In this document: positions 1 to 9,449 of the stretch, in pieces
Layout of the letters: every line of letters begins with the position of its first letter
Position numbering within the stretch: the first letter of the stretch is position 1
Assembly (NCBI GenBank): GCA_039185015.1
Contig: JBCDAU010000012.1
Coordinates: 57,637 to 121,636, forward strand
Length of the DNA stretch: 64,000 nucleotides
DNA from: Actinomycetota bacterium
Lineage (GTDB): Bacteria; Actinomycetota; Acidimicrobiia; Acidimicrobiales; Poriferisodalaceae
Reading direction: 5' to 3'
Notes under the pieces: model-generated
What the model was told of the DNA's origin: nothing
What the model saw: only the letters and a program-made list of their open reading frames with translations
Databases searched by the model: none
Translations under genes and position numbers: made by a program

Positions 1-556
1 TCAGGTACTCCATGTGCCGGTTGCCCGCCTCGTCGTACGGGTGCATCAGCGCATCGGCGCGGCCGTCGAAGTCGAGCACCTTGGTGCCGAAGCGCTCGCA
101 CAGCTCGACGTTGAACGCCGATGACGCCTTCCTCCACGCACCGTCGAGGTGCAGCTCGCTGTACCCGTGCCAGGCGAACACGTCGGTGCCCATCACCGCG
201 AGGAGCTTCTCGCTGGACAGGTGGTTGCGGACGTCGGCGAACCCCAGTCGCGCCGGGATGCCGGCCGCCCGCGCCGTCGCCGTCAGCAGGACGGACTTCG
301 GGACGCACCAGCTCGAGCTCGTGTCGAGGATCGCGCTGGCCCGGTAGTCGTCGGGGTTCCGGCTCGTGTCGTACGGGTCGTACCGGTAGCCGTCGCGGAC
401 GGCCAGGAACAGGGCGACGGCCCGCTCGCGGTCGTCGGTGGCCGCAGCGCGGTCCATCACGTCCTCGGTGAAGGCGACCACGGCGGGGTGATCGCTGTCG
501 ACGTAGTGACCGGGCGCCAGGTCCTCCTCACCGACCGGACGCTCTCCTTCGGACAT
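1..556 (-). CDS. transglutaminase-like (cysteine peptidase fold) domain protein; 3' end lies beyond the window start
   Basis: The minus-strand frame is open to the window edge, which is why it is absent from the ORF track. It translates MSEGERPVGE...SSWCVPKSVLLTATARAAGIPARLGFADVRNH...WHGYSELHLDGAW with ATG at 554-556. The Cys-containing motif followed by the GIPAR segment is typical of the transglutaminase core. The overlapping plus-strand ORFs are Arg/Pro-rich artefacts. Confidence 0.55.
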   Translation of the reverse strand, partial: MSEGERPVGEEDLAPGHYVDSDHPAVVAFTEDVMDRAAATDDRERAVALFLAVRDGYRYDPYDTSRNPDDYRASAILDTSSSWCVPKSVLLTATARAAGIPARLGFADVRNHLSSEKLLAVMGTDVFAWHGYSELHLDGAWRKASSAFNVELCERFGTKVLDFDGRADALMHPYDEAGNRHMEYL

Positions 557-763
557 GTGCTCCCCCTCCGCCGATCCGTGCGAGACGGTACCGGGCCCCG
601 GCCACGGAAGGTGCCGTGTGCGGACCCTCGACGCCGGTCGGTACCACTCTGCGTCGATCGCCACCCACCCACAGCGGGTCTGCGGTATCTTGCGGCCTGA
701 TGAACGGCGGAGCAACGCTTCGTCGACCTGGTCGTCCATCTGCTCATCGAGTCGGAAGGTCCC

Positions 764-2944
764 ATGCCTGCATCCATTCGCCGGTCGCGCGTCATCGCGC
801 TCCTGCTCGCCGGCCTCACCCTGGCCGTCGTGGCCATCGGCTTCAGCCCCTCGTCATCGGCGGCGCCGGTCGGTTGGCACGAGGGTCGTCACACCCACCG
901 CATCATCGTCACGGTCACCAACGACGCGACCCCGAAGGTCGATGCGCTGGTGGAGGTCGGGTTTCCGACGAACCCCGCCAACCTGCTGCCCGAGACCGTT
1001 CGGGTGACCGAGGTGTCGAGCACTGACCCGACGACCAACGTCGAGGTCGAGGCCGACGTCCCGGTCCAGGTCGACGGCGGCGACACCGTGGTCTTCATGA
1101 TCGACGGCGCGCTCGGCGCCAACGAGACGCGGTTCTTCCACGTCTACTTCGGTTCCGACCGCGCTCAGTCTCCGGGCTTCATCGACACCACCGCCGCCGC
1201 GACGAAGCGGGCCGTCTCGGTCACGCTCCTCTCCGCGACGGCGGCCGGCAACCCGTACGGCGTGGCGATGTACGAGATCGAGACCCGCGCCGGCACCTGG
1301 TACTTCGACCCGAACGGCGGCGGCTTCGCCGGCCTCGTCGATGCCGACGACAACGACTGGATCGGCTGGGACCCGGACCTGCCCGACGAGGGCGGCGAGT
1401 TCCGTGGCATCCCCAAGGCACGGCTCGACACCGCGGAGTACGGAAACGATGAAGGACCGTTCTCGCCCGGCTCGAACGACACCCTGAGCAACATCGTCGA
1501 TCAGGGTCCGGTCCGGGTCACGTTCCGCTCGCAGAGTCGGGACTTCGCCGACCTCAGCGTCGATGGCAACTGGGTCGCCGAGTTCGCGGTCGGCCCGCGA
1601 TCCATGACCTTCGAGATGACGACGGCGCAGAGCGGCGTCGAGTGGCGTTCGCTCTACCAGGGCGAGCCCGGCGGTTCGCTCACGAACGCCGACCAGATCA
1701 TCCTCTCGGGCCAGAACGGCAACGCCCCGACCCAGCTGAACCTGACCAACTTCAGCGGCGCCTCGCTCGGCTCCCCGGAGTGGGCGGCGTTCCTCGACGG
1801 ACCGACCACCCGCTCGCTGGTCGTCTCGGCCACCACCAACCCCGAGGTCGACCTGGCGACGAGCCGGACCACGGCCGAGGGATCGACGACCATCTTCGGC
1901 TTCGGTCGCGCCTCCTCGGCGCAGAACAGCCACGAGCTGACCGGCACCGGCGACGTGTTCACCTACGGCCTCGTCGACTCGAAGACCTCCGGCACCCTCG
2001 AGGCCCGCGCCAACGACTTCCGGGCCGGCGCGATCGGTGACGGCGGGGGGACGGCGACGGCAGCGGCGATCGAGGTGAACACCGACGTCGACACCCCGGA
2101 CGACGCCCCCGAAGCGACGACCACCACGGTGATCACCACCCCCGACACCATCCCGCCGCTGCCGCTCTCGGGCTACCGACTGCTCGACCAGCGGGGCGAC
2201 GTCTACGTGTTCGGCGAGGCCACATTCCTCGGTGAGGCCCGCGGCGACAACGCCCTCCCGGGGACTCCGGTCGACATCGAGTCCACCCCGTCCAACCGCG
2301 GGTACTGGATCATCGACGACCAGGGCAACATCCGAGCCTTCGGCGACGCCACGAACGCCCTCGGAGGCGTGACCACAGCGCTCGATCCGGGCGAGACGGT
2401 GTCGACGATGTCGGCCACGCCGACCGGCGGTGGATACTGGATCTTCACCACCAAGGGTCGAGTGCTCACCTTCGGCGACGCGGGTGACTTCCAGGACCTG
2501 TTCGACATCACCGACGCCAACGGCAACGTGATCGCGAACATCCTCAACGGTCCGATCGTCGACTCGGTGGCCACGCCCTCCGGCAACGGGTACTGGATGG
2601 TCGGCTCCGACGGTGGCGTGTTCACCTTCGGCGACGCCCAGTTCTTCGGCTCGATGGGCAGCACACCCCTCAACCAGCCGGTGAACGGCCTCGTGCCCGA
2701 CCCCGACAACGTCGGGTACTGGCTGGTCGCCGGCGACGGTGGCGTGTTCGCCTTCGACGCCGAGTTCCGGGGCTCCATGGGCAGCATCCCGCTGAACCGA
2801 CCCGTGGTCGGCATGGTGTCCTACGGCAACGGCTACCTGATGGTCGGCGCCGACGGCGGCGTGTTCAACTTCTCCGACCTGCCCTTCGACGGCAGCCTCG
2901 GTGACAACCCGCCAACGGTCCCGGTGGTGGCCATCACCGCCTGA
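764..2944 (+). CDS. secreted protein with an N-terminal signal peptide and six C-terminal ~45-aa tandem repeats (GYW...GGVFxFGDA...GSxG), predicted beta-propeller; function unknown
   Basis: RBS ggaagg lies before the ATG. Signal peptide MPASIRRSRVIALLLAGLTLAVVAIGFSPSSSAAP. Repeat units are visible directly in the translation between residues ~470 and 726. Confidence 0.7.
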   Translation: MPASIRRSRVIALLLAGLTLAVVAIGFSPSSSAAPVGWHEGRHTHRIIVTVTNDATPKVDALVEVGFPTNPANLLPETVRVTEVSSTDPTTNVEVEADVPVQVDGGDTVVFMIDGALGANETRFFHVYFGSDRAQSPGFIDTTAAATKRAVSVTLLSATAAGNPYGVAMYEIETRAGTWYFDPNGGGFAGLVDADDNDWIGWDPDLPDEGGEFRGIPKARLDTAEYGNDEGPFSPGSNDTLSNIVDQGPVRVTFRSQSRDFADLSVDGNWVAEFAVGPRSMTFEMTTAQSGVEWRSLYQGEPGGSLTNADQIILSGQNGNAPTQLNLTNFSGASLGSPEWAAFLDGPTTRSLVVSATTNPEVDLATSRTTAEGSTTIFGFGRASSAQNSHELTGTGDVFTYGLVDSKTSGTLEARANDFRAGAIGDGGGTATAAAIEVNTDVDTPDDAPEATTTTVITTPDTIPPLPLSGYRLLDQRGDVYVFGEATFLGEARGDNALPGTPVDIESTPSNRGYWIIDDQGNIRAFGDATNALGGVTTALDPGETVSTMSATPTGGGYWIFTTKGRVLTFGDAGDFQDLFDITDANGNVIANILNGPIVDSVATPSGNGYWMVGSDGGVFTFGDAQFFGSMGSTPLNQPVNGLVPDPDNVGYWLVAGDGGVFAFDAEFRGSMGSIPLNRPVVGMVSYGNGYLMVGADGGVFNFSDLPFDGSLGDNPPTVPVVAITA

Positions 2945-3051
2945 TCGGCGACCCAACCGAGAACGACTCCATCGGGGCGGTGCTTCGGCGCCGCCCCGAT
3001 GCGCGCCCCTGGAAGCGGTCTCCTCCCCGCTCGGCGACTACACATGTCGCC

Positions 3052-6000
3052 ATGGAGAGGGGCCTGCTCGTCGCCAACCGCGCCGAGATCGCGATCCGCA
3101 TCGCTCGCACCGCAGCGGAGCTCGGTGTCCGCACGGTCGGTGTCCACGCCGTCGACGAGCCCGAACCGCTCCACGTGCGTCGCTGCGACGACCGCCGGAC
3201 GCTGCCCGGCGCCGGCCCGGCGGCCTACCTGGACGTCGACGCACTGGTCGCGGCCGCCGTCGATGCCGACTGCGAGGCGCTGCATCCCGGGTACGGCTTC
3301 GCCAGCGAGCGGGCTGAGCTGGCAGCCGCGTGCGAGGCGGCTGGCGTCACCTTCGTCGGCCCGACCCCGGACACGCTTCGCCGCTTCGGCGACAAGGGCA
3401 CGGCCCGCACGCTCGCCCGCGAGCTCGATGTCCCCGTGCCCGAGGGCACCGACGGGGCGACGACGCTGGCCGAGGCGGCCGAGGTCCGGGCCCGGCTGGG
3501 CGACCGGCCGATGATGATCAAGGCCATCGGTGGCGGTGGCGGACGGGGCATGCGGATCGTCGGCCCCGAGGACGACCTCGAGTCGGCCTTCGAGCGCTGC
3601 GCCTCCGAGGCGTCGGGCTCCTTCGGTGACGATCGGCTCTTCGTCGAGGAGCTCCTCCCGTCCGCTCGTCACGTCGAGGTCCAGCTGATCGGTGATGGCA
3701 CCGGAGCCGTCGCCGTCCTCGGCGACCGCGAGTGCAGCGTGCAGCGTCGCCGCCAGAAGCTCGTCGAGGTCGGTCCCGCGCCCGGGCTCAGCACCGGCGT
3801 CCGCCAGCAGCTCCACGACGCGGCCCGCTCGCTGGGGTCCGCCGTGCAGCTGCGCAGCCTCGCCACCGTCGAGTTCCTCGTCGCCGGTGATCGCATCGCC
3901 TTCCTCGAGGTGAACCCCCGCCTCCAGGTCGAGCACACCGTCACCGAGGAGACGACCGGGCACGACCTCGTCGCCCTGCAGCTGGAGATCGCCGACGGCG
4001 CAGACCTCGCGTCGCTCGGCATCGTCGACGACGGCGCAGCTCCCGCCGCCGACGGCACGGCGATCCAGTGCCGGGTGCTCGCCGAGGTGATCACCGCCGA
4101 CGGCTCCATCCGGCCGGCCGCCGGGCGCATCGACGCGATGGAGGTTCCGAGTGGGCCCGGGGTCCGCCTGGACTCCGCCGTCCACGTCGGCCTCGCACCT
4201 CATCCGGCGTTCGACTCGCTCCTCGGCAAGCTGATCGTGCACGTTCCCGGCGGCGACCTCGCCGCCGCGGCGCGCCGCGCCGATCGCTCGATCGCCGAGC
4301 TCGGACTCCACGGGCTGGAGACCAACCAGGGCCTGCTGCGGGCCGTGCTCCGCCATCCCACCTTCGTCGACGCGGCGAGCACCACCACCTGGTTCGACGT
4401 CGCGGTGGCGGAGCTCGTCGAGGCGGCAGCCGGGCTCGCCCCGGCGGCAGCTCCCCAGGTGGGAGGCGGCATCGGAGCCACCGTCGATGCCGTCGATCCG
4501 CTCGCCGTGCTCGATCACGGCCGCTCGAACGGCCGCGCGAGCGCCGTGGGATCTCCCGACGCAGCTCAGGAGGGAGACGTCGCCGCACCGCTGCAGGGCA
4601 CGGTGATCTCGGTGTCGGTGGTTCCCGGCGACGAGGTGCACGCGGGTGCCGAGCTCGTCGTGCTCGAGGCCATGAAGATGGAGCACGTCGTCCACGCCGA
4701 GGTGGCCGGGCGGGTCAGCGCCGTGCTGGTCGCGGCCGGGACGACCGTCGCCGACCGCCAGCTCCTCGTCCGGGTCGAACCGTCCGGTCACGATGCGGGC
4801 GGCGCGGTCGTCGAGGACGACGTCGACCTCGACCACGTCCGGCCCGACCTCGCCGAGGTCCACGAGCGGCACGACCTCGGTCTCGACCACCGACGGCCGG
4901 CCGCGGTCGAGCGCCGCCGACGGACCGAGCAGCGCACCGCCAGGGAGAACGTCGCCGACCTCGTCGACGACGGCACCTTCGTCGAGTACGGGCCGCTCGT
5001 GCTCGCGGCCCAGCGACGCCGCCGGTCCGTCGAGGAGCTCATCGAGAAGACGCCGGCCGATGGCCTCGTCGGCGGGATCGGCTCGGTCAACGGCGACCTG
5101 TTCTCCGACCGCGACGCCCGCTGCGTCGTGATGTCCTACGACTACACCGTCCTCGCCGGCACGCAGGGCAACCAGAACCACCGCAAGAAGGACCGCCTCT
5201 TCGAGGTCGCCGCCCGCCAGCAGCTGCCCGTGGTCCTCTTCAGCGAGGGTGGTGGCGGTCGCCCCGGTGACACCGACGGTCTCGGCGTCGCCGGCCTGGA
5301 CTGCCTCGCGTTCCGCCTGTTCGGGGAGCTCAGCGGTCTCGTCCCGCTGATCGGGATCAACTCCGGTCGATGCTTCGCCGGCAACGCCGCGCTGCTCGGT
5401 TGCTGCGACGTCGTCATCGCCACCGCCGACTCGAACATCGGGATGGGTGGCCCGGCGATGATCGAGGGCGGCGGCCTCGGCGTGTTCCGGCCCGAGGACG
5501 TGGGCCCGATGGGCGTGCAGGTCGCCAACGGCGTCGTCGACATCGCGGTCGCCGACGAGGCCGAGGCGGTGGAGGTCGCGAAGCGGTACCTCTCGTACTT
5601 CCAGGGTTCGATCGCCGACTGGGACTGCGTCGACCAGCGACGTCTCCGCAGCGCCATCCCCGAGAACCGTCTGCGCGCCTACGACATCCGTCGGGTGATC
5701 GCCGACCTCGCCGACACCGGGTCCGTGCTCGAGCTCCGCTCGGGCTTCGGTCCGGGCATGGTGACGGCGCTCGCCCGGATCGAGGGCCGCCCGACGGGCA
5801 TCGTGGCCAACGATCCGACCCACCTCGGCGGGGCGATCGACTCCGACGGCGCCGACAAGGCCGCCCGCTTCCTCCAGCTCTGCGACGCCTTCGACGTCCC
5901 CGTCGTCTTCCTGTGCGACACGCCGGGCATCATGGTCGGCCCCGAGGCCGAGACCACCGGGACCGTCCGCCACGCGAGCCGACTCTTCGTCGTCGGCGGC

Positions 6001-6393
6001 AGCCTGTCGGTGCCGTTCGTGACCGTCGTGCTCCGCAAGGGCTACGGCCTCGGCGCCCAGGCGATGGCCGGTGGCAGCTTCCATGCGCCGCTGTTCACGG
6101 TCGCCTGGCCCACCGGTGAGTTCGGCGGCATGGGACTCGAGGGAGCCGTGAAGCTCGGCTACCGGGACGAGCTCGCCGCCGTCGAGGACACCGAGGAGCG
6201 GCGGCAGCTCTTCGAGGAGATGGTCGCCCGGATGTACGAGCACGGGAAGGCGCTGAACTTCGCCACCCACTTCGAGATCGACGATGTGATCGACCCGGCC
6301 GACACCCGCCGCTGGATCACGACCGCGCTGGCGTCGGCTCCGCCGCCGGCGCCCCGCACCGGCAAGAAGCGTCCCTGCATCGACACCTGGTGA
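3052..6393 (+). CDS. single-chain multidomain acyl-CoA carboxylase (biotin carboxylase - BCCP - carboxyltransferase fused; LCC-like)
   Basis: BC domain: MERGLLVANRAEIAIR... with glycine loop MMIKAIGGGGGRGMRIV. Biotinyl domain: VLEAMKMEH. CT domain: YTVLAGTQGNQNHRKKD...FSEGGGGRPGD and ...VFLCDTPGIMVGPEAE. The track ORF starts at 2980, but ATG 3052 matches the canonical BC N-terminus. Confidence 0.85.
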   Translation: MERGLLVANRAEIAIRIARTAAELGVRTVGVHAVDEPEPLHVRRCDDRRTLPGAGPAAYLDVDALVAAAVDADCEALHPGYGFASERAELAAACEAAGVTFVGPTPDTLRRFGDKGTARTLARELDVPVPEGTDGATTLAEAAEVRARLGDRPMMIKAIGGGGGRGMRIVGPEDDLESAFERCASEASGSFGDDRLFVEELLPSARHVEVQLIGDGTGAVAVLGDRECSVQRRRQKLVEVGPAPGLSTGVRQQLHDAARSLGSAVQLRSLATVEFLVAGDRIAFLEVNPRLQVEHTVTEETTGHDLVALQLEIADGADLASLGIVDDGAAPAADGTAIQCRVLAEVITADGSIRPAAGRIDAMEVPSGPGVRLDSAVHVGLAPHPAFDSLLGKLIVHVPGGDLAAAARRADRSIAELGLHGLETNQGLLRAVLRHPTFVDAASTTTWFDVAVAELVEAAAGLAPAAAPQVGGGIGATVDAVDPLAVLDHGRSNGRASAVGSPDAAQEGDVAAPLQGTVISVSVVPGDEVHAGAELVVLEAMKMEHVVHAEVAGRVSAVLVAAGTTVADRQLLVRVEPSGHDAGGAVVEDDVDLDHVRPDLAEVHERHDLGLDHRRPAAVERRRRTEQRTARENVADLVDDGTFVEYGPLVLAAQRRRRSVEELIEKTPADGLVGGIGSVNGDLFSDRDARCVVMSYDYTVLAGTQGNQNHRKKDRLFEVAARQQLPVVLFSEGGGGRPGDTDGLGVAGLDCLAFRLFGELSGLVPLIGINSGRCFAGNAALLGCCDVVIATADSNIGMGGPAMIEGGGLGVFRPEDVGPMGVQVANGVVDIAVADEAEAVEVAKRYLSYFQGSIADWDCVDQRRLRSAIPENRLRAYDIRRVIADLADTGSVLELRSGFGPGMVTALARIEGRPTGIVANDPTHLGGAIDSDGADKAARFLQLCDAFDVPVVFLCDTPGIMVGPEAETTGTVRHASRLFVVGGSLSVPFVTVVLRKGYGLGAQAMAGGSFHAPLFTVAWPTGEFGGMGLEGAVKLGYRDELAAVEDTEERRQLFEEMVARMYEHGKALNFATHFEIDDVIDPADTRRWITTALASAPPPAPRTGKKRPCIDTW

Positions 6394-6406
6394 GAGAGGA
6401 GACCCC

Positions 6407-7612
6407 ATGGTCGCCCCGTTGGACGGCGTGAAGGTCGTCGAGATCGCGAGCTGGATGGCGGCGCCGAGCGCGTGCGCGATCCTCGCCGACCTCGGCGCCG
6501 ACGTGGTCAAGCTCGAGCCGCTCGAGGGCGACCCGATGCGCAACAAGGGCCGCCAACCGAAGGTGGCCGACCGCCCGATGATCGACGAGCCCTTCCAGGT
6601 CGACAACCGGGGCAAGCGGGGCATCGCGATCGCGCTCGACGACGCGGAGGGAGCCTCCCTCGCCGCCCGCCTGATCTCCCACGTCGACGTGCTCGTCACC
6701 AACCTGCTCCCCCATCGACAGGCCCGCTTCGGGCTCACGCCCGACGAGCTGTTGGCCGCGCACCCGCGCCTCGTCCACGCCACGCTGTCGGGCTACGGCC
6801 TCGACGGGCCCGAAGCCACCCGAGCCGGGTTCGACGTCACCGCCTTCTTCGGCCGCGCCGGCCTGTCCGACTCACAGCGCGAGCCGGACGGCCCACCCGT
6901 CTTCCCTCGTCCCGCCCAGGGCGACCACACGACCGGTCTGGCGTTGGTGGCCGGAGTCCTGTCCGCGCTCCGCCTGGTCGAGCAGACCGGTGAGGGCCAG
7001 GTGGTCGATGTCAGCCTGTTCGGGACCGCCGTGTGGACGATGGCGACGGACCTCTCCGCCACGGTGATCGACCGGCGTCAGCCGCGGCGCCGGGGCCGCC
7101 ATCAGCTCATCACGCCGCTCGCCAACCGGTTCCCGTGCGGCGACGGCAAGTGGGTGTTCCTCCAGATGCCGGAGGACCGCTGGTGGCCGCGGTTCTGCGA
7201 AGCCGTGGGCCGGGAGGAGTGGTTGGCCGACGAACGGCTCCAGACCACGAAGGGCCGCTTCGACAACATGGCCGAGCTCGTCGACGGCATCGACGAGACC
7301 TTCTCGACCCGCTCGCGGGACGAGTGGGCGAAGATCTTCGACGATGCCGGCCTGATCTGGGGACCGATCAACGATCTGGCGGACGTCGTCGAGGACCCGC
7401 AGGCGGAGGCCGCCGGCCTCTGGGCCGAGATCGAGCATCCCGATGTCGGTTCGTTCGAGACGGTCGCCAACCCCATCGGCATCCGAGGGGTCGACACCGG
7501 ACCGCGGGGCCGGGCGCCGGCGGTCGGTGAGCACACCGGTGAGCTCCTCGCCGATCTCGGCCTGGACGCCGACGAGATCGACCGCCTCCGTTCGAGCGGC
7601 ATCGTCTCGTGA
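6407..7612 (+). CDS. family III CoA-transferase (CaiB/BaiF family)
   Basis: Strong RBS gagaggag. The N-terminus MVAPLDGVKVVEIASWMAAPSACAILADLGADVVKLEP is the family-III CoA-transferase signature. It starts 13 bp after the carboxylase stop. Confidence 0.85.
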   Translation: MVAPLDGVKVVEIASWMAAPSACAILADLGADVVKLEPLEGDPMRNKGRQPKVADRPMIDEPFQVDNRGKRGIAIALDDAEGASLAARLISHVDVLVTNLLPHRQARFGLTPDELLAAHPRLVHATLSGYGLDGPEATRAGFDVTAFFGRAGLSDSQREPDGPPVFPRPAQGDHTTGLALVAGVLSALRLVEQTGEGQVVDVSLFGTAVWTMATDLSATVIDRRQPRRRGRHQLITPLANRFPCGDGKWVFLQMPEDRWWPRFCEAVGREEWLADERLQTTKGRFDNMAELVDGIDETFSTRSRDEWAKIFDDAGLIWGPINDLADVVEDPQAEAAGLWAEIEHPDVGSFETVANPIGIRGVDTGPRGRAPAVGEHTGELLADLGLDADEIDRLRSSGIVS

Positions 7613-8523
7613 ACGAGGTCCGGGTCGGCCTCTCCATCACGTCCGCGCTCCCGGTCGACGACCCGCGCGACGGAGCCACCGACCTGATCGCCCGAGCCGA
7701 GGCTGCCGATCGGGCCGGCCTCGACCTGCTCTGCATCGGCGACCAGCACACCACCCCGATCCCGTACTTCCAGAACGTGCCCACGCTCGCGCGGCTCTCG
7801 GCCGCCTTCAGTGGTCCGCAGCTCGGAGCGCTGTTCCTCGTCCCACTGTGGCATCCGGTCCTGCTGGCCGAGCAGATCGGCACGCTGGCCGCCTTCGCTC
7901 CCGGTCGGTTCGTCGTGCAGGCCGGCCTCGGCGGTGGACGCGGGCAGTTCGCCGCCATGGGCATGCCCTACGCCGGTCGAGCCGCCCGCTACGACGAGGC
8001 GCTCCGGATCGTCGATGCGCTCCTGGCCGGCGAGACCGTCTCGAGCGAGATGTTCGACGTCGTCGACGCCCGCATCGCCCCGATCCCGGTGGAGCCGGTC
8101 GAGTGGTGGCTGGGGGCCGGCGGCGAGCGGGCCCTCGATCGCGTCGCTCGGCGTCAGGCGACCTGGTACGGCAACGCCGACCTCACCCCGACCACCGCGG
8201 CGGAGCGGCTGGCGGTGTTCCGCGTGGCCTGCGAGCGCCACGGCCACGAGCCCGAGCGCATCGCTGTCCGGACCGACGTGATCGTGCTCGACGACGACGC
8301 CGAGGCCCGGCGGCTCGGCGACGACCTGATGGCCGGCGGCTACCGAGGCCTGTCGGCCGACGCGGTGGCCTACGGGTCACCCACCTCGGTCGCCGAGCAA
8401 CTGGAGCCGTACGTCGAGCTCGGCTTCACCGACCTCGTCGTGCGGACGATGGCCGTCCCGCCCGAGACCGCGCAGCGGAGCATCGAACTCACGGGAGAAG
8501 TGCGCCGACTGCTCCGAGCCTGA
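7609..8523 (+). CDS. LLM-class (luciferase-like) flavin/F420-dependent oxidoreductase
   Basis: GTGA start/stop overlap with the CoA-transferase. Sequence ...DLLCIGDQHTTP...WWLGAGGERALDRVARRQATWYGN is typical of the LLM family. Confidence 0.8.
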   Translation: MNEVRVGLSITSALPVDDPRDGATDLIARAEAADRAGLDLLCIGDQHTTPIPYFQNVPTLARLSAAFSGPQLGALFLVPLWHPVLLAEQIGTLAAFAPGRFVVQAGLGGGRGQFAAMGMPYAGRAARYDEALRIVDALLAGETVSSEMFDVVDARIAPIPVEPVEWWLGAGGERALDRVARRQATWYGNADLTPTTAAERLAVFRVACERHGHEPERIAVRTDVIVLDDDAEARRLGDDLMAGGYRGLSADAVAYGSPTSVAEQLEPYVELGFTDLVVRTMAVPPETAQRSIELTGEVRRLLRA

Positions 8524-8532
8524 ACGCCGACG

Positions 8533-9429
8533 TCACCGTGTGGGCGCCGCCGGCATCGCACCCACGAGCCCGATCCAGTTCTCGTTCTGCCGTTCGAGGA
8601 TCGATTCGGCCGCTCCGACGAAGGCAGCGGCGTCCACCGCGTCTGCGACGTCGTAGCGGTCGAGCAGCTCGTCGAGCCTCCGGGCGGTCGTCGCGTAGCC
8701 GGCCGCGATCTGGGTGTGTCGGGTGGCATCGAGGTGCGCGGCGACCGCCGAACCGATGGTCGTGGCGACGCCGATCCACACCCCGAACGCCGAGGAGTCG
8801 AGGAGCGACGCGATCCCGGTGAGGGCGGCCCCGGCGAGGGTCGCGGCCAGCTCGAGTCGTCGAAGCCGGCGGGCCGCGCCTCGGTGCTCGGAGATCTTCC
8901 CGTCGTGCCACCTCGCCTGACCCCTGACGCGGAGCTCGACGTAGCTGGCGAGGTCGGACACCGCGGGCAACGGATCGTCCGGACCCTCGACGTCGACCAG
9001 CTCGACGTCGAGGGTGCGGACGGTCTCGGCGATGCGCTCGGACACGGTGGCGAGATCCTCGTCGCGACCATGGTCGTCGAACGGTGGCGTGCCGACGAGG
9101 TACTCGTGCACGGCCGCCCGGAGCGCCTCGGCCGCGCCGCGCGCCATCGTCCATCGCTCGGCGTGGCCCGACGCCGCCTCCCGCTGCGCGAAGCCGGCGA
9201 GGAGCAGCGCACCGGCGCCGGCCGCGCCGACCACCGCGGTCACCGCTCGCGGCAACGACTGCGCGGCGATCGCTCCGAGGAGCGCACCCGTGCCGAGCAG
9301 CACGAGGTTCGCCAGCCGGAGCCGGTCGAGCCGTGCCCTGGTCCTCACCGCCAGCCGGTCGTAGGCCTGCTGGCGGGCCCAGACGCGCTCGACGGCGCTG
9401 CGGTCGTCAGGAGCCTCGCTCGTGTCCAC
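8533..9429 (-). CDS. membrane protein with two tandem SLATT-like (DUF4231-like) modules, each a 2TM hairpin followed by an E/W/R/Y-rich helix
   Basis: Start GTG at 9429 preceded by ggagga. Module 1: LANLVLLGTGALLGAIAAQSLPRAVTAVVGAAGAGALLLAGF then AERWTMARGAAEALRAAVHEYL. Module 2: LAGAALTGIASLLDSSAFGVWIGVATTIGSAV then IAAGYATTARRLDELL. The domain assignment is from memory of the family pattern, not a search. Confidence 0.5.
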   Translation of the reverse strand: MDTSEAPDDRSAVERVWARQQAYDRLAVRTRARLDRLRLANLVLLGTGALLGAIAAQSLPRAVTAVVGAAGAGALLLAGFAQREAASGHAERWTMARGAAEALRAAVHEYLVGTPPFDDHGRDEDLATVSERIAETVRTLDVELVDVEGPDDPLPAVSDLASYVELRVRGQARWHDGKISEHRGAARRLRRLELAATLAGAALTGIASLLDSSAFGVWIGVATTIGSAVAAHLDATRHTQIAAGYATTARRLDELLDRYDVADAVDAAAFVGAAESILERQNENWIGLVGAMPAAPTR

Positions 9430-9449
9430 TGATCCTCCGTTCGCCGGTC

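Noticed and set aside
854-2956. 700-aa minus-strand ORF spanning the secreted-repeat-protein gene
   Set aside because: It is antisense to a gene with clear signal peptide, repeats and RBS. The translation is Arg/Gly/Val/Asp-rich low-complexity, typical of the reverse frame in 70% GC DNA.
2980-3051. Upstream extension of the carboxylase ORF (track start 2980) and similar N-terminal extensions (39451 for the MDMPI-like gene, 15207 for PPK2, 33740 for MmcQ, 51051 for the LAL regulator, 17795 for PNPOx)
   Set aside because: The extensions are Arg/Ser/Pro-rich, overlap the upstream gene, or precede a canonical family N-terminus that has its own RBS-spaced start. Internal starts were chosen.
4068-5270. 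400-aa ORF inside the carboxylase gene, and similar Arg/Pro-rich ORFs throughout (e.g. 7443..8822, 12994..14124, 16701..18104)
   Set aside because: They are alternate-frame or antisense artefacts with more than 25% Arg plus Pro, no start context, and complete overlap with well-supported genes.
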